A stretch of 64,000 nt of DNA from an uncultured Gemmatimonadales bacterium (GCA_963728445.1 CAVSJO010000008.1:42330-106329); one strand, 5' to 3'. Shown: positions 20,049 to 30,175, counted from the first letter of the stretch. Translations and numbers: made by a program. Notes: generated by a model not told the origin, from the sequence alone.

Positions 20049-20458
20049 GCGGGTCCTTCCTCGGTCGGTCCCGGCGCGAGCGTGCCGGCTCCACCGGCCT
20101 CGGGGTCCCGGCCGATCCGGCTCAGCACGGGCACGAGCAGGAAGCTGAGGAACACGGCCAGGGCGCCCGCCAGGATCGCGGCCGGGCCGCCCTTGACCGC
20201 GGCGATGACGTTCTGCTTCGCGGCCATCGCCACGACGATGGGGATGTAGACCGCGCTCCAGAACAGGACACCCTGGCGGGTCAGGGGCTTCAGCCCGCCG
20301 CGCTTCCGGAGCGCGTCCGAGAGGACGATGAGAAGGAACATCGCGATCCCCACGCCGCCGACGTTCGCCTGGACGCCGATGATCGCGCCGAGGACGTCCC
20401 CGACGAAGATGCCGACGAGCATGCACACCGCCAGCAGCGCGACGCCGTAGATGACCAT
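20045..20458 (-). CDS. madL: malonate transporter subunit MadL
   Basis: 137-aa, 4-TM protein (MVIYGVALLAVCMLVGIFVGDVLG...) immediately upstream of madM, the canonical pairing. Confidence 0.75.
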   Translation of the reverse strand: MVIYGVALLAVCMLVGIFVGDVLGAIIGVQANVGGVGIAMFLLIVLSDALRKRGGLKPLTRQGVLFWSAVYIPIVVAMAAKQNVIAAVKGGPAAILAGALAVFLSFLLVPVLSRIGRDPEAGGAGTLAPGPTEEGPA

Positions 20459-20464
20459 GCTCGC

Positions 20465-22000
20465 CTACGCCCCGCCCGCGGCGGGCACGGCCCGCATGAG
20501 CGTCTCGAGCCCGTCCCGCAGGGCGCGGCCCCCGGCCCGCGCTCCCCGGTACTTCCCCAGCCGCACCACCACCAGGTGCCGGCTCGGGATCAGGATCGTG
20601 TACTGGCCGCCGGCGCCCGCGAAGAAGGTCGCCTCCTTCGGCACGGGGAACGAGCCCGTTCCGTTCACCCACTGGAAGGCGCCGCCGTACTCCGGGCGCC
20701 CGTCCACGACCCACGCCGGCGCCAGCGTGCGCGCGTACTCCGCGTAGCCCTCGGGCAGGATGCGCTCCCCGTTCCAGACGCCGTCCTGGATCCACAGGTT
20801 GCCCAGCCGCGCCCAGTCCCGGGCCGCCAGGAAGTCGTAGCCCTGGCAGAGGAAGTCGCCGTAGGGATCGGTCTCGATGACGGCGTCCCGGATGCCGATC
20901 CTGTCGAAGAGCGCCCGCTGCGGGAAGGCGTGGTAGTCGTCGCCCCGCTTCTCCACGGCCAGCCGGATCAGGTAGTTGGTCAGCACCGGGTCCGTGTTGC
21001 GGTAGCGGCCCACCGTGTTGGGCGGCCACTCCTGCGGGCGCGTCGCGGCGTAGTGGAAGGAGTTCACCCGCCCGGTATAGAGGTACAGGTGGTCCGGGTA
21101 TCCCTTCGTGGAGTCGAAGTCCGGGTCCTGCGGCGCCCGGATGCGCAGCCCCGACGACATGCGCATGATGTCCCCGATGCGGATCTTCTGCCTCGCGTCG
21201 CCCTCCGTCTGCCATTCGGGGATCGGCGCCGGCTGCCAGAGCTCGTACGCACCCTGCTGGATGAGCACGCCCATCATCGTGCCGGTCAGGCTCTTGCCCA
21301 TGGACCAGCTCTCCAGCGGCGTGTGGATGCCGATGCCGTCGCCGTACCGCTCGCCGACGATACGGCCGTCGTACGTGACGACGACCGCCTCCGTCATGGC
21401 CTCCGGCGGTCCGAACGCCTCGTCCACCGCCTGCCGGACCAGCGCCGTGTCGAGCCCGGGCGGCGGCGGCGCGTCGGAGACGACGTCGCCCATCGGCCAG
21501 GGCGTCGTGGCGGCGTCCGGCAGGTCCGGCTTCACCCACTCCGGCGTGAAGTGGATCGAGTCCTCCCCGATGACCCGCGTGACGCATCCCTGGCTCTTGT
21601 ACCGCTTCGCGGCCAGCACGACGCCGGACGGGAGCGTCAGCCGCACCTCCTCCCGCTGCCGGTCCACCACGGTGTCCGTCACGAAGCGCCGCTGCTCGTA
21701 CGGGCTCGTGAAGTAGCCCACGTTCTCGGCGGCGTCCGCGGGATCGAGGCCCGTGATGAACACCGCCGTGCACAGGATCTTCGCGAAGCCCGAGGTATTG
21801 TGCTCCAGCGGGTCGCCGGGCGGAGGCACGTACTCCGTGGGGAGCTCGAGGGAGTCGGCACGGGCGATGAGGGCCGCAGTCACGGAGTCCCGGGTCGAGG
21901 TCACGGCGGCGGGGACGTCACCGCCCGATCCGGCACCGCAGGCAAGGGCGAATGCCGCCGACGATAGGATGGTCAGTGCGGCAGGGCGGGGGATGCGCAC
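20465..22000 (-). CDS. lipoprotein-type beta-lactamase-family serine hydrolase
   Basis: GGAGG plus an 8-nt spacer precedes GTG at 22000, giving VRIPRPAALTILSSAAFALAC (lipobox). SxxK motif is SMGKS and a YRN motif is present. Confidence 0.75.
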   Translation of the reverse strand: MRIPRPAALTILSSAAFALACGAGSGGDVPAAVTSTRDSVTAALIARADSLELPTEYVPPPGDPLEHNTSGFAKILCTAVFITGLDPADAAENVGYFTSPYEQRRFVTDTVVDRQREEVRLTLPSGVVLAAKRYKSQGCVTRVIGEDSIHFTPEWVKPDLPDAATTPWPMGDVVSDAPPPPGLDTALVRQAVDEAFGPPEAMTEAVVVTYDGRIVGERYGDGIGIHTPLESWSMGKSLTGTMMGVLIQQGAYELWQPAPIPEWQTEGDARQKIRIGDIMRMSSGLRIRAPQDPDFDSTKGYPDHLYLYTGRVNSFHYAATRPQEWPPNTVGRYRNTDPVLTNYLIRLAVEKRGDDYHAFPQRALFDRIGIRDAVIETDPYGDFLCQGYDFLAARDWARLGNLWIQDGVWNGERILPEGYAEYARTLAPAWVVDGRPEYGGAFQWVNGTGSFPVPKEATFFAGAGGQYTILIPSRHLVVVRLGKYRGARAGGRALRDGLETLMRAVPAAGGA

Positions 22001-22262
22001 GCGTCGAACCTCCGGCGTCGGGGGGGCGGGTCGGCCGGTGCAGGATGGGGGCGGCGCCGCCGGAGCGGCAAGAGAAGGCCCGGGGAAACGCGAGGACCTC
22101 ACAGGCGGCCCGGCCGCGCCGTCCCGGCAGCGGGACGGCGAGTCCCGGAAACGGGCTCCGTCCGCAGCGGCCCCGCTGGAGATCTGCCCGCGCATCTCGT
22201 TCCACCGCAGCGATTTGTGCCCGGCGAACCCTTCCGGCCCCCGCCCTGCCCTCCGGACCCGC

Positions 22263-23236
22263 GTGAGCGCACCGCCGATCCGCCATTGCCTGTTCTGCGG
22301 CGCCGTCCGTGCCACCGCGCCGTCGGACGACGCGCGACCCCGGGTCCGCTTCGCCTACGATCCCGGGGGCGTGCGGGCGTGGTGGGTGTGCGACGGCTGC
22401 GGCCGCTGGAATCTCGCCGACGCCGACGAGCGACTGGAGCTGATCGACGCCCTCGAGCAAAGGGTGCGGGACTCCGGCCGGCTGCTCGCGGCCACCGAGA
22501 ACATCGCGCTGCTCGAGATCGGAAACGCCGCCGTCGTCCGCGTCGGCCCCTCGCCGCTGTCGGAGCAGGCGTGGTGGCGCTACGGCCACACGCTGCGCGG
22601 CCGCCACGCGGCATTCCGGGGCGCGGCGACCCGGTTGAGCGCGGCCACGGGCACGGCCATCGCCTACGTGGGCGGCCGCGTCGGACCGCGCCGGCGCATC
22701 CCCTCGTACGCCTGGGACGATTCGCTTCGGACGGAGTCGCTGCGCTGGTGGCGATTCGGAACCCTGGCGTGGGTCGGCCGCAGCCGCTGCCCGTTCTGCA
22801 ACAGCGTGCTCCGAGCCCTGGAGTTCGACGACGCCTGGCACGCGTCCCTGGTCGACGAGGAGGCGGGTCCGGCGCTCGGCATCCCCTGCACGCGCTGCGA
22901 CCCGTGGACGCCGGAGAAGGTGTTCCCCATCCGGGGAGAGGAAGGGGCGCTGCTCCTCCGCCGCGTGCTGGCCTACCAGAACATCGCCGGCGGCCCCGCT
23001 CCGGTGGTCGAGCGCGCCGGCGCGGCCATCGAGGAGGCCGGATCCGCCGAGGCCTTCGCGCGGCGACTCGCCCGCGCCCGCACGCCACTGCGCCGCCTCG
23101 GGCCCGTCCTCGGCCTCGCCCTGGAGATCGCCATGAACGACGCCGCAGAGCCGACGATCTCGCCCGCGAGACCCGCCTCCTGGAGGAGACGTGGCGGCAC
23201 GAGGACGAGATCGCCCGCATCATCGACGAGCTGTGA
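22263..23236 (+). pseudogene. hypothetical double zinc-ribbon protein with apparent 1-nt frame break near the C-terminus
   Basis: Two CxxC...CxxC pairs (CLFCG...CDGCG; CPFCN...CTRCD). After ...LALEIAMNDAAE the plausible helical end ADDLARETRLLEETWRHEDEIARIIDEL continues in the adjacent frame (stop at 23236). The original frame turns into Arg/Gly/Ser junk. Confidence 0.45.
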
Positions 23237-23287
23237 GGCCGGCTCAGGCCGGGGCCGAAGGCTCCGGCTCGGCGCCCGCGGCCCCGG

Positions 23288-24496
23288 TCAGTCCTGCGGC
23301 GCGGGACGGCCGACGGAGTCGTAGATCTGCCGGATCGGGCTACCAGTGCGCCGGACGGGACCAAGGGAACGCTGATCCGGAAACGAGCCGCGCCCGAAGA
23401 ACACGCTCGCCGCGAGCTTGCGGCCGGGGCCTGTCCGCAGCGCCGCGCACGCCGCCTCCGCCAGCACGGGAGACCGCATCCCTTCGAACACCCGCCTCGC
23501 CCACCTCCGCCGGCGGAAGTGCCCCCTGTATGGGAGCCCGGAATACGCCTCGAGCACGGCCGACGGCGCACCGTCCAGCCACGCGGCGATTCGGGCCGTT
23601 GCCGTACGCGTCAGCCGGTAGCACGGATCCAGCCCCCCGGCCGTCAGCGGTGACACCGCTCCCGCCGCGTCACCGATGAGCAGGCCCCGGCCGCAGCCGA
23701 TCCGACGCAGAACGCCCCCGACCGGGATGAGCCCGCCGCGGCGCTCGACCGCGTGCAGGCCCTGCATCGACCAGAACTCCGGCAGCCCGCCGAGTCGCTC
23801 ATGCAGCGCGGCGAGGGCCGCGGTCGGCTCGAAGCGGCCCGGAGTGCCGCCCACGCCCACGTGAACCGCTTCGCCGTCGGCAGCCACCCATGCGATGTAT
23901 CCGGGCGCGAGTCGCGGATCTACGATGCAATGCAACTCGGCCTCGGCCGACCCGAGCGTGCCTTCGAAGACGTCCTCCACGCCCACGATCCACGCGCGAT
24001 TCTCGTCCAGATCCAGGTCCCGCGCCACCCTCGAGCGCGCCCCGTCCGCTCCCACGATCAGCCGCGCACGCACGCGGGCGGCGCGCCCCCCGCGCTCGAG
24101 TTCCACAACGCTCCCTCGCCCCGTCGCCTCCGATCCGCGATAGCGCGTTCCCCCCCAGAACTCGACGCCGAGATCCTGCGCCTGCTCGAGCAGCCGACGA
24201 TACAGCCGCCGCATGCGTCCCACACGGAACTCGTCGGCATCGGCCGACAGCTCCAGCGCCCGTCCCGACGGAGAATGCACCACGACACGGCGAATGCCCG
24301 GGCCGAGACAGTCCTCCGGCGGCTCGAAGTCCTCCAGCGTCCGCCGGACGAAGATCCCCGTCGTGTGGACCGACCGGTCCACGGTGGGGCGGGCGTCGAC
24401 CAGCAGCACACGCGCCCGTCCGCCGAGTTCCCCGGCGGCGACGAGCCCGGCGAGCCCCGCCCCGACGATCACGACGTCATATGCCTCGTGCATCAT
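23288..24496 (-). CDS. FAD-dependent oxidoreductase (geranylgeranyl reductase-like family)
   Basis: N-terminal dinucleotide fold YDVVIVGAGLAGLVAAGEL, with family-like length and layout. Confidence 0.8.
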   Translation of the reverse strand: MMHEAYDVVIVGAGLAGLVAAGELGGRARVLLVDARPTVDRSVHTTGIFVRRTLEDFEPPEDCLGPGIRRVVVHSPSGRALELSADADEFRVGRMRRLYRRLLEQAQDLGVEFWGGTRYRGSEATGRGSVVELERGGRAARVRARLIVGADGARSRVARDLDLDENRAWIVGVEDVFEGTLGSAEAELHCIVDPRLAPGYIAWVAADGEAVHVGVGGTPGRFEPTAALAALHERLGGLPEFWSMQGLHAVERRGGLIPVGGVLRRIGCGRGLLIGDAAGAVSPLTAGGLDPCYRLTRTATARIAAWLDGAPSAVLEAYSGLPYRGHFRRRRWARRVFEGMRSPVLAEAACAALRTGPGRKLAASVFFGRGSFPDQRSLGPVRRTGSPIRQIYDSVGRPAPQD

Positions 24497-24571
24497 CCCT
24501 CGCAGTACAGAGTACTTTGTCGGCTAAAGTATAGTCCCCGGGGGCGGGAGGCAACACGCGTCATCAGGGAC

Positions 24572-25777
24572 ATGCGTGCGGGGCGCGTTCCTCCGCCGTA
24601 CTATCGGTGGCGGCTTCCACCCCGTCCCCGGAGAGCACGCCTGATCACCGAGCCGATCGCCGTCCTTGCGGCCCTCGCCGCCATCGTGGTCGTGTCGCTC
24701 GTGCTCGAGCGACACTGGCGGCTTGGACGCTCCTTCGGCGCCGCGTTCCTGGGCATCCTGCTGGGAATGCTGCTGTCGAACACCGGCGTGCTGCCCGGCC
24801 GGTCTCCCGTCTACGACTTCCTCGTGGGCCCGGCGGTCAGCGCGGGCATCGTGCTGATCCTGCTGTCAGTGGACGTCCGGACGATCGTGCGGGCGGGTCC
24901 GACGATGCTGATCGCGTTCGGCATCGGCGCGGTGGGGTCGATGGTGGGGGCGACGCTGGCGGCGCTGGCGCTCGCCGATCAGGTCGGCCCGGAGACGTGG
25001 AAGCTCGCGGGGCAGTACGCGGCGACGTACACGGGAGGAGGCGCCAATTTCGCCGCCGTGGGAGCCGCGCTGCGGACGAGCGGCGACCTGTTCGCCGCAG
25101 GTGTCGCGGCTGACGTCATCGTCACGGCCATCTGGATGGCCGTCTGTCTCACTGCGCCGGTGGTGTTCAGCCGGCGGCGTGGCGAGGCGGAGGGAGAGGC
25201 GGAAGCGGCGCACCCGACGGATGCCGGGGGCCGGCTCTACGCGACGATCGGTCGCCTCGAGCTCCTCGACGTGGCGGCCCTGGCGACGATCGCCCTGGGT
25301 ACGCTCTGGCTATCGGGCGTGCTCGGGAGGCTCTTTCCACAGCTGCCGTCGGTCCTGTGGTTGACCACCATCGCCCTCGCTCTCGCCCAGATCCCCCGCG
25401 TCGCGAAGATCCGTGGCGCGGGCGTGATCGGGAACTGGCTCGTGCTCCTCTTCCTCGCGAGCAACGGCGCCAAATCCATCGTGTCCAACATCGCCGCCGT
25501 CGGAGCACCCGTCTTCTGGTTCGCCGTGATGACCGTGACGATCCACGGGGTCATCACGTTCGGCGTGGGGCTGCTGGCGCGCATCGACGCGCGCACGCTC
25601 GCCATCGCCTCCCAGGCCAACGTCGGCGGCTCCGCGTCGGCCATGGCCCTCGCCTCCGCGCGGGGTTGGTCGGCGCAGCTCCTGCCGGGCGTCGCCGTCG
25701 GGATGGCCGGCAACGCCATCGGCAACTACGTGGGGATTGCGGTGGCCGCTGGCGTGCACCGCTGGATCGGCGGCTGA
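24572..25777 (+). CDS. DUF819-family membrane protein
   Basis: Start at ATG 24572. A polytopic protein of about 400 aa with DUF819-like segments (YAATYTGGGANFAAVG, ASQANVGGSASAMA). The upstream half of the ORF is antisense junk. Confidence 0.7.
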   Translation: MRAGRVPPPYYRWRLPPRPRRARLITEPIAVLAALAAIVVVSLVLERHWRLGRSFGAAFLGILLGMLLSNTGVLPGRSPVYDFLVGPAVSAGIVLILLSVDVRTIVRAGPTMLIAFGIGAVGSMVGATLAALALADQVGPETWKLAGQYAATYTGGGANFAAVGAALRTSGDLFAAGVAADVIVTAIWMAVCLTAPVVFSRRRGEAEGEAEAAHPTDAGGRLYATIGRLELLDVAALATIALGTLWLSGVLGRLFPQLPSVLWLTTIALALAQIPRVAKIRGAGVIGNWLVLLFLASNGAKSIVSNIAAVGAPVFWFAVMTVTIHGVITFGVGLLARIDARTLAIASQANVGGSASAMALASARGWSAQLLPGVAVGMAGNAIGNYVGIAVAAGVHRWIGG

Positions 25778-25840
25778 ATCTCCGAACGGACTCGCCGAAT
25801 CGTCCCTCGACCGGACGCGGGCCGCGCCCGGCCCGCCCGG

Positions 25841-27346
25841 TCACGCCTTCGACGGCGACGGCAGCCGGTCGTCGACCGCGGTCTCCTCCCACGGGCCCTC
25901 GCTCACCGCCGACAGCCGCTTCATCGTCGGGATCACCGCCGCGGCGATGACCGTGCCGATCACGGCCACGACGCCCAGCCGGGTGAAGAGGCTCGTGTAG
26001 AGGGGCAGCGTTGCGACGGGGCTCGTCACGTCCTGGGGCACGCTCGCGAACGTGGCGACGTAGCTTCCCAGGTACTGGGAGATCCCCGTCGCCAGGAACC
26101 ATACGCCCATGATGAACCCCCGCAGGGCCGGTCCGACGTAGCGCGCCACGACGGCCAGACCGAGGCCGCTGATGAGCAGCTCCCCGAGCGACTGGAACCC
26201 GTAGCCGGTGATCATCCACCAGAACGAGACCTTCCCGGCGGTGGCGAAGTGCCCGCTGAACCCGTAGATGAAGAATCCGAGGCTCAGCACCGCGAAGCCC
26301 ATCGCAAATTTCGTCGAGATGTGGAAGTCCCCGCCTTCGCCGCGCCCGAGGCGCGTATAGAGCCACGCCAGTCCCGGACTCAGGACGAAGATCCAGATCG
26401 GGTTCAGCGCCTGCACCTGCCCGGCGGGGACGTGGTATCCGAAGAGGTCGAGGTCGACGTTGCGGAGCGAGAAGAGGGTCAGGGACGTCGACATCTGCTG
26501 GTAGAAGATGAAGAACAGCATGCCGAGCCCTGTCAGGATCAGCACGGCCACGAGGCCCTTCCGCTCGCGCTCGCTCCCCTTTCGCATCATGATGGCGAAG
26601 ATCGCGAGCATGGTGACGAACCCGAGGACGACGGTCGCCCGGGCGACGGTACGGTTCTGCACGATGAAGGTCACGAGGGCGATGCCGACGGCGATGCCGG
26701 CCAGGACCAGCACGAGACGCTTCACGTTCAGGGGATGGAAGTCGGGCTCGGAGCCGACGTGGCGGAGGTAGCGGCTCATCACGAGGTAGTTCAGGATGCC
26801 GACCACGAGCCCCGCGGCGCAGACCGCGAACGCCGCATGCCAGCCGACCTTGATGGCGATGAGCGGCGTCGCCAGCTGCGACGCGGTCGCGCCGATGTTG
26901 ACCGCCATGTAGTACATCGTGAACGCGCTGTCGATCTTCGCGGGGTCGCCCTCGTAGAGCTTCGAGATCATGTTGGCGGGGTTCGCCTTGAACACGCCGC
27001 CGCCGACCGCCACGATGGCCAGCGCCGGGAACAGGAGCCCGGGATGGTTCGGAATCGAAAGACCGACGTAGCCCAGGGCGAGGATCAGGGCGCCGAGGAC
27101 CATGGTGCGGCGGCTGCCGAGCAGCTTGTCGCCGATCCAGCCGCCCACCGCGGGAACGGTGTAGGCGAGGGCGGCGAACGCGCCGAAGGTGAGGTTGGCA
27201 CGGTCGTCCCCGTAGCCGAGCTCCTGCACCATGAACAGCACGACGACGGCCGTCATGCCGTAGTAGCCGAACCTCTCCCACAGCTCGATCAGGAAGAGGG
27301 TAGTGAATCCCTTCGTCCGGGACGGAGTCTGCGCCGCTGTCGTCAT
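25841..27346 (-). CDS. POT/PTR2-family proton-dependent di/tripeptide transporter
   Basis: N-terminal POT signature FLIELWERFGYYGM, with about 14 TM helices. Confidence 0.85.
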   Translation of the reverse strand: MTTAAQTPSRTKGFTTLFLIELWERFGYYGMTAVVVLFMVQELGYGDDRANLTFGAFAALAYTVPAVGGWIGDKLLGSRRTMVLGALILALGYVGLSIPNHPGLLFPALAIVAVGGGVFKANPANMISKLYEGDPAKIDSAFTMYYMAVNIGATASQLATPLIAIKVGWHAAFAVCAAGLVVGILNYLVMSRYLRHVGSEPDFHPLNVKRLVLVLAGIAVGIALVTFIVQNRTVARATVVLGFVTMLAIFAIMMRKGSERERKGLVAVLILTGLGMLFFIFYQQMSTSLTLFSLRNVDLDLFGYHVPAGQVQALNPIWIFVLSPGLAWLYTRLGRGEGGDFHISTKFAMGFAVLSLGFFIYGFSGHFATAGKVSFWWMITGYGFQSLGELLISGLGLAVVARYVGPALRGFIMGVWFLATGISQYLGSYVATFASVPQDVTSPVATLPLYTSLFTRLGVVAVIGTVIAAAVIPTMKRLSAVSEGPWEETAVDDRLPSPSKA

Positions 27347-27452
27347 GTTCGGTTCCTCGGGCGGTGGAGTTCAGGCGGGCCGCACACCATTATCCGCTGC
27401 GGAGCACCGCGGCGCCACCATCACACACGTTCCCGCTTCCGGGGAGTTCGCC

Positions 27453-28724
27453 ATGCACCCGTTCGATGACCCGTCCGCCGTCCTGAGCCGCACCCGCATC
27501 GTCGCGCGGCTGTTGGACTACGTTCGTATCGACACCCAGTCCGACGAGACGAGCGAATCCTGCCCGAGCACCGCGAAGCAGCTCGACCTGGCGCGCCGAC
27601 TCGTGCAGGAGCTCAACGAGCTTGGGCTCCAGGGCGTCGGTGAGCCCGAGGTCGGGATGGACGGGAACGGCTACGTCCTGGCGGAGCTGCCGGGGACCGC
27701 GCCGGGGCGCGTCGGCCTGTGCGCACACGTGGACACGGCGCCCCAGTTCACGGGCAGGGACGTGAGCCCGCGGCTCGTCGAAAACTACGACGGAGGAAGG
27801 GTCGACGTCGGCAACGGCGTCGTCCTGGACCCCGAGGAGACGCCGGAGCTGACGGACTGCGTCGGAGATACCCTCATCACCACCGACGGCACGACCCTCC
27901 TCGGCGCCGACGACAAGGCGGGCATCGCAGCCATCATGGGCGCGCTCGAGCTTCTCGTGGCGGAGCCGGAGATCCGGCGGCCCACGCTGCGCATCTGCTT
28001 CAACCCCGACGAGGAGATCGGGCGCGGCGCGGACCGCTTTCCCATGGACCGCTTCGACTGCCCCGTGGCCTTCACCATCGACGGGAGCTTCACGGGCGAG
28101 ATCAACGTGGAGACCTTCTCGGCGGACAAGGCCGTCGTCGCCTTCACCGGCGTCTCGGTCCACCCGGGCACGGCGCGCGGAAGGATGGTGAACGCCCTCA
28201 CCTGGATGGGCAAGCTCCTCGATCGGCTTCCCATGGGGGAGGCCCCCGAGTGCACCGAAGGGCGCGAAGGCTTCTACCACCCCGTCGTCGCGTCGGGCGA
28301 CGCCGCGTCCTGCACGCTCCAGCTCATCCTCCGGGACTTCGACACCGCCGAGCTCGAGGAGCGCGGCCGAAGGCTGGAGCGCATGTGCGCGGGGCTCATG
28401 GCCGAGGAGCCCCGCCTCGACGTGAACGTCGAGATCACGAAGCAGTACCGGAACATGTACGACGTCCTGAGCCGCCATCCCGACGTCACCCGGAAGCTCG
28501 AGAAGGCCGTCGAGGCTGCCGGAATCACGCCGAGGCTCGAGCCCGTCCGCGGGGGAACGGACGGGTCACGGCTCACAGAGATGGGAATGCCGACCCCCAA
28601 CATCTTCGCCGGCGGCGTGAGCTTCCACGGGCCCTCCGAGTGGATCTCCACCCGGGTGCTGGCCCAGTCCGCGTGCACGATCCTGAACCTCGTACAGCTT
28701 TTCGCGGAGGAAGGCGACGGCTAA
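27453..28724 (+). CDS. pepT: peptidase T (tripeptide aminopeptidase, M20B)
   Basis: GGGGAG Shine-Dalgarno before ATG 27453. Motifs YVRIDTQSDE, HVDTAP, GADDKAGIAAIM, NPDEEIG. Divergent from the POT transporter. Confidence 0.85.
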   Translation: MHPFDDPSAVLSRTRIVARLLDYVRIDTQSDETSESCPSTAKQLDLARRLVQELNELGLQGVGEPEVGMDGNGYVLAELPGTAPGRVGLCAHVDTAPQFTGRDVSPRLVENYDGGRVDVGNGVVLDPEETPELTDCVGDTLITTDGTTLLGADDKAGIAAIMGALELLVAEPEIRRPTLRICFNPDEEIGRGADRFPMDRFDCPVAFTIDGSFTGEINVETFSADKAVVAFTGVSVHPGTARGRMVNALTWMGKLLDRLPMGEAPECTEGREGFYHPVVASGDAASCTLQLILRDFDTAELEERGRRLERMCAGLMAEEPRLDVNVEITKQYRNMYDVLSRHPDVTRKLEKAVEAAGITPRLEPVRGGTDGSRLTEMGMPTPNIFAGGVSFHGPSEWISTRVLAQSACTILNLVQLFAEEGDG

Positions 28725-28736
28725 CGACAGGTACGG

Positions 28737-30026
28737 CTAACGGCGGGTGCCGTTCGCCCGGCTGCGCGCGCGCCCGTTGCTCCTCTGCGCACGCATGGCG
28801 GCCACGCGCTCGCCGATGGGAACCTCGAACCGCTCGGCCGGGCTGGCGTCGTAGTCGAACCCGTCGAGCGTCCGACGCTCGATGCGCCGGCCGAGGGCGC
28901 TCTCGATCGCCCGAACGCCGGACTCCTCCTCGGGCGAGACGAACGTGTACGCTTCGCCCACCGCCTCGGCGCGAGCGGTGCGGCCGACCCGGTGGATGTA
29001 GTCGTCGGGCGCCGCGGGCAGATCGAAGTTCACCACGTGGTCGAGGGCCTCGACGTCGATTCCGCGGGCCACGATGTCCGTCGCGGCGAGTACGCGGAAG
29101 CGGCCGCTGCGAAAGCCCTCGAGGGCCTTCGTGCGCTGCGACTGGCTGCGGTTGCCGTGGATCCGTGCGACCGAGACGCCGAGCTTCTCCAGCTTCTGCG
29201 CCAGGCGGTTGGCCCTGTGCTTCGTGCGGCAGAACGCGATCACGTTGCCGACCTCGTCGCGCTGGATCAGCTCGAACAGCAGCGCCACCTTGAGGCTCGC
29301 GGGAACGGGGAACAGCGCCTGGGAAATGCCCTTCGCGGGGGCCGCCTTCTTCTGCACCTGCACGGTGGCCGGCTGGTGGAGCATCTCCCTGGCCAGGTCG
29401 GCGATCTGACGGGGCATCGTCGCCGAGAAGAAGAGCGTCTGGCGCCGCCCGTTCGGCAGGTGCCGCAGCACACGGCGGATGTCGGGCAGGAAGCCCATGT
29501 CCAGCATGCGGTCGGCCTCGTCCAGGACCAGCACCTCGAGGGACGCGAGGCGAGCGTAGTCATACTGGAAATGGTCCAGCAGGCGACCCGGCGTCGCGAC
29601 CACGATGTCCACGCCGCTCCGGAACGCCTGCTCCTGCGGCTTCATGCCGACGCCGCCGTAGACGGCCGCTCCCCGGATCCCGGTCCCAGGGGCCAGCTCG
29701 TCCAGGTGCGCCACGATCTGCGCCGCAAGCTCACGGGTGGGAGTCAGGATCAGCGCGCGCGTACCCCGCCCGCGCCCCGTCTGCAGACGCTGCAGGATCG
29801 GCAGCAGGAACGCCGCCGTCTTGCCGCTGCCGGTCATCGCGGAGGCGAGTACGTCGCGGCCGTCCAGCGCGAGCGGGATCGCCTGCTCCTGAACCGGCGT
29901 CGGCCGCGTGAACCCCATGGCGTCGATGGAGCGGAGCAGCGTGTCGTTCAACCCGAGCCCTGCAAAGCCGGGCTCGGTGGATGCGCCGGCGCCCGCGGGC
30001 GCCGGAGTCGTATTCGAATTCCTCAT
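28737..30026 (-). CDS. DEAD-box ATP-dependent RNA helicase (RhlE-like)
   Basis: Q-motif PTPVQ, then TGSGKTAAF, PTRELA, DEAD, SAT, HRVGRTARA, and a basic C-terminal tail. Confidence 0.9.
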   Translation of the reverse strand: MRNSNTTPAPAGAGASTEPGFAGLGLNDTLLRSIDAMGFTRPTPVQEQAIPLALDGRDVLASAMTGSGKTAAFLLPILQRLQTGRGRGTRALILTPTRELAAQIVAHLDELAPGTGIRGAAVYGGVGMKPQEQAFRSGVDIVVATPGRLLDHFQYDYARLASLEVLVLDEADRMLDMGFLPDIRRVLRHLPNGRRQTLFFSATMPRQIADLAREMLHQPATVQVQKKAAPAKGISQALFPVPASLKVALLFELIQRDEVGNVIAFCRTKHRANRLAQKLEKLGVSVARIHGNRSQSQRTKALEGFRSGRFRVLAATDIVARGIDVEALDHVVNFDLPAAPDDYIHRVGRTARAEAVGEAYTFVSPEEESGVRAIESALGRRIERRTLDGFDYDASPAERFEVPIGERVAAMRAQRSNGRARSRANGTRR

Positions 30027-30076
30027 TCAGTCTCTCTTCACGGGCGAATTCCGGCAGAACGCCGGTCGAGGGCACG

Positions 30077-30105
30077 AAAAAAGGACCCGGGCCGAACCCG
30101 AGTCC
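30077..30105 (-). terminator. rho-independent terminator
   Basis: The minus strand reads GGACTCGGG-ttcgg-CCCGGGTCC followed by TTTTTT. It lies downstream of the permease remnant and only about 50 nt upstream of the helicase start. Confidence 0.6.
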
Positions 30106-30175
30106 CTCTGTCGCGTCTCGGTGCCAGCGGAAGCGCCGGCGGTCAAGCTCGTTCAATCTAGCGGAACAAGAGCAA

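Noticed and set aside
22067-22081. Possible sigma54 promoter upstream of the hydrolase-madLM operon. The minus strand reads cGGgccttctcTTGCc.
   Set aside because: GG/GC spacing and TTGC are correct, but the -24 half matches only GG. That is too weak to call without a scoring matrix.
24497-24571. A low-GC divergent promoter region with repeated GTAC/AGTACT strings (cagtacagagtactttg).
   Set aside because: The repeats are just self-complementary 4- to 6-mers rather than an extended palindrome. That is not enough to call an operator.
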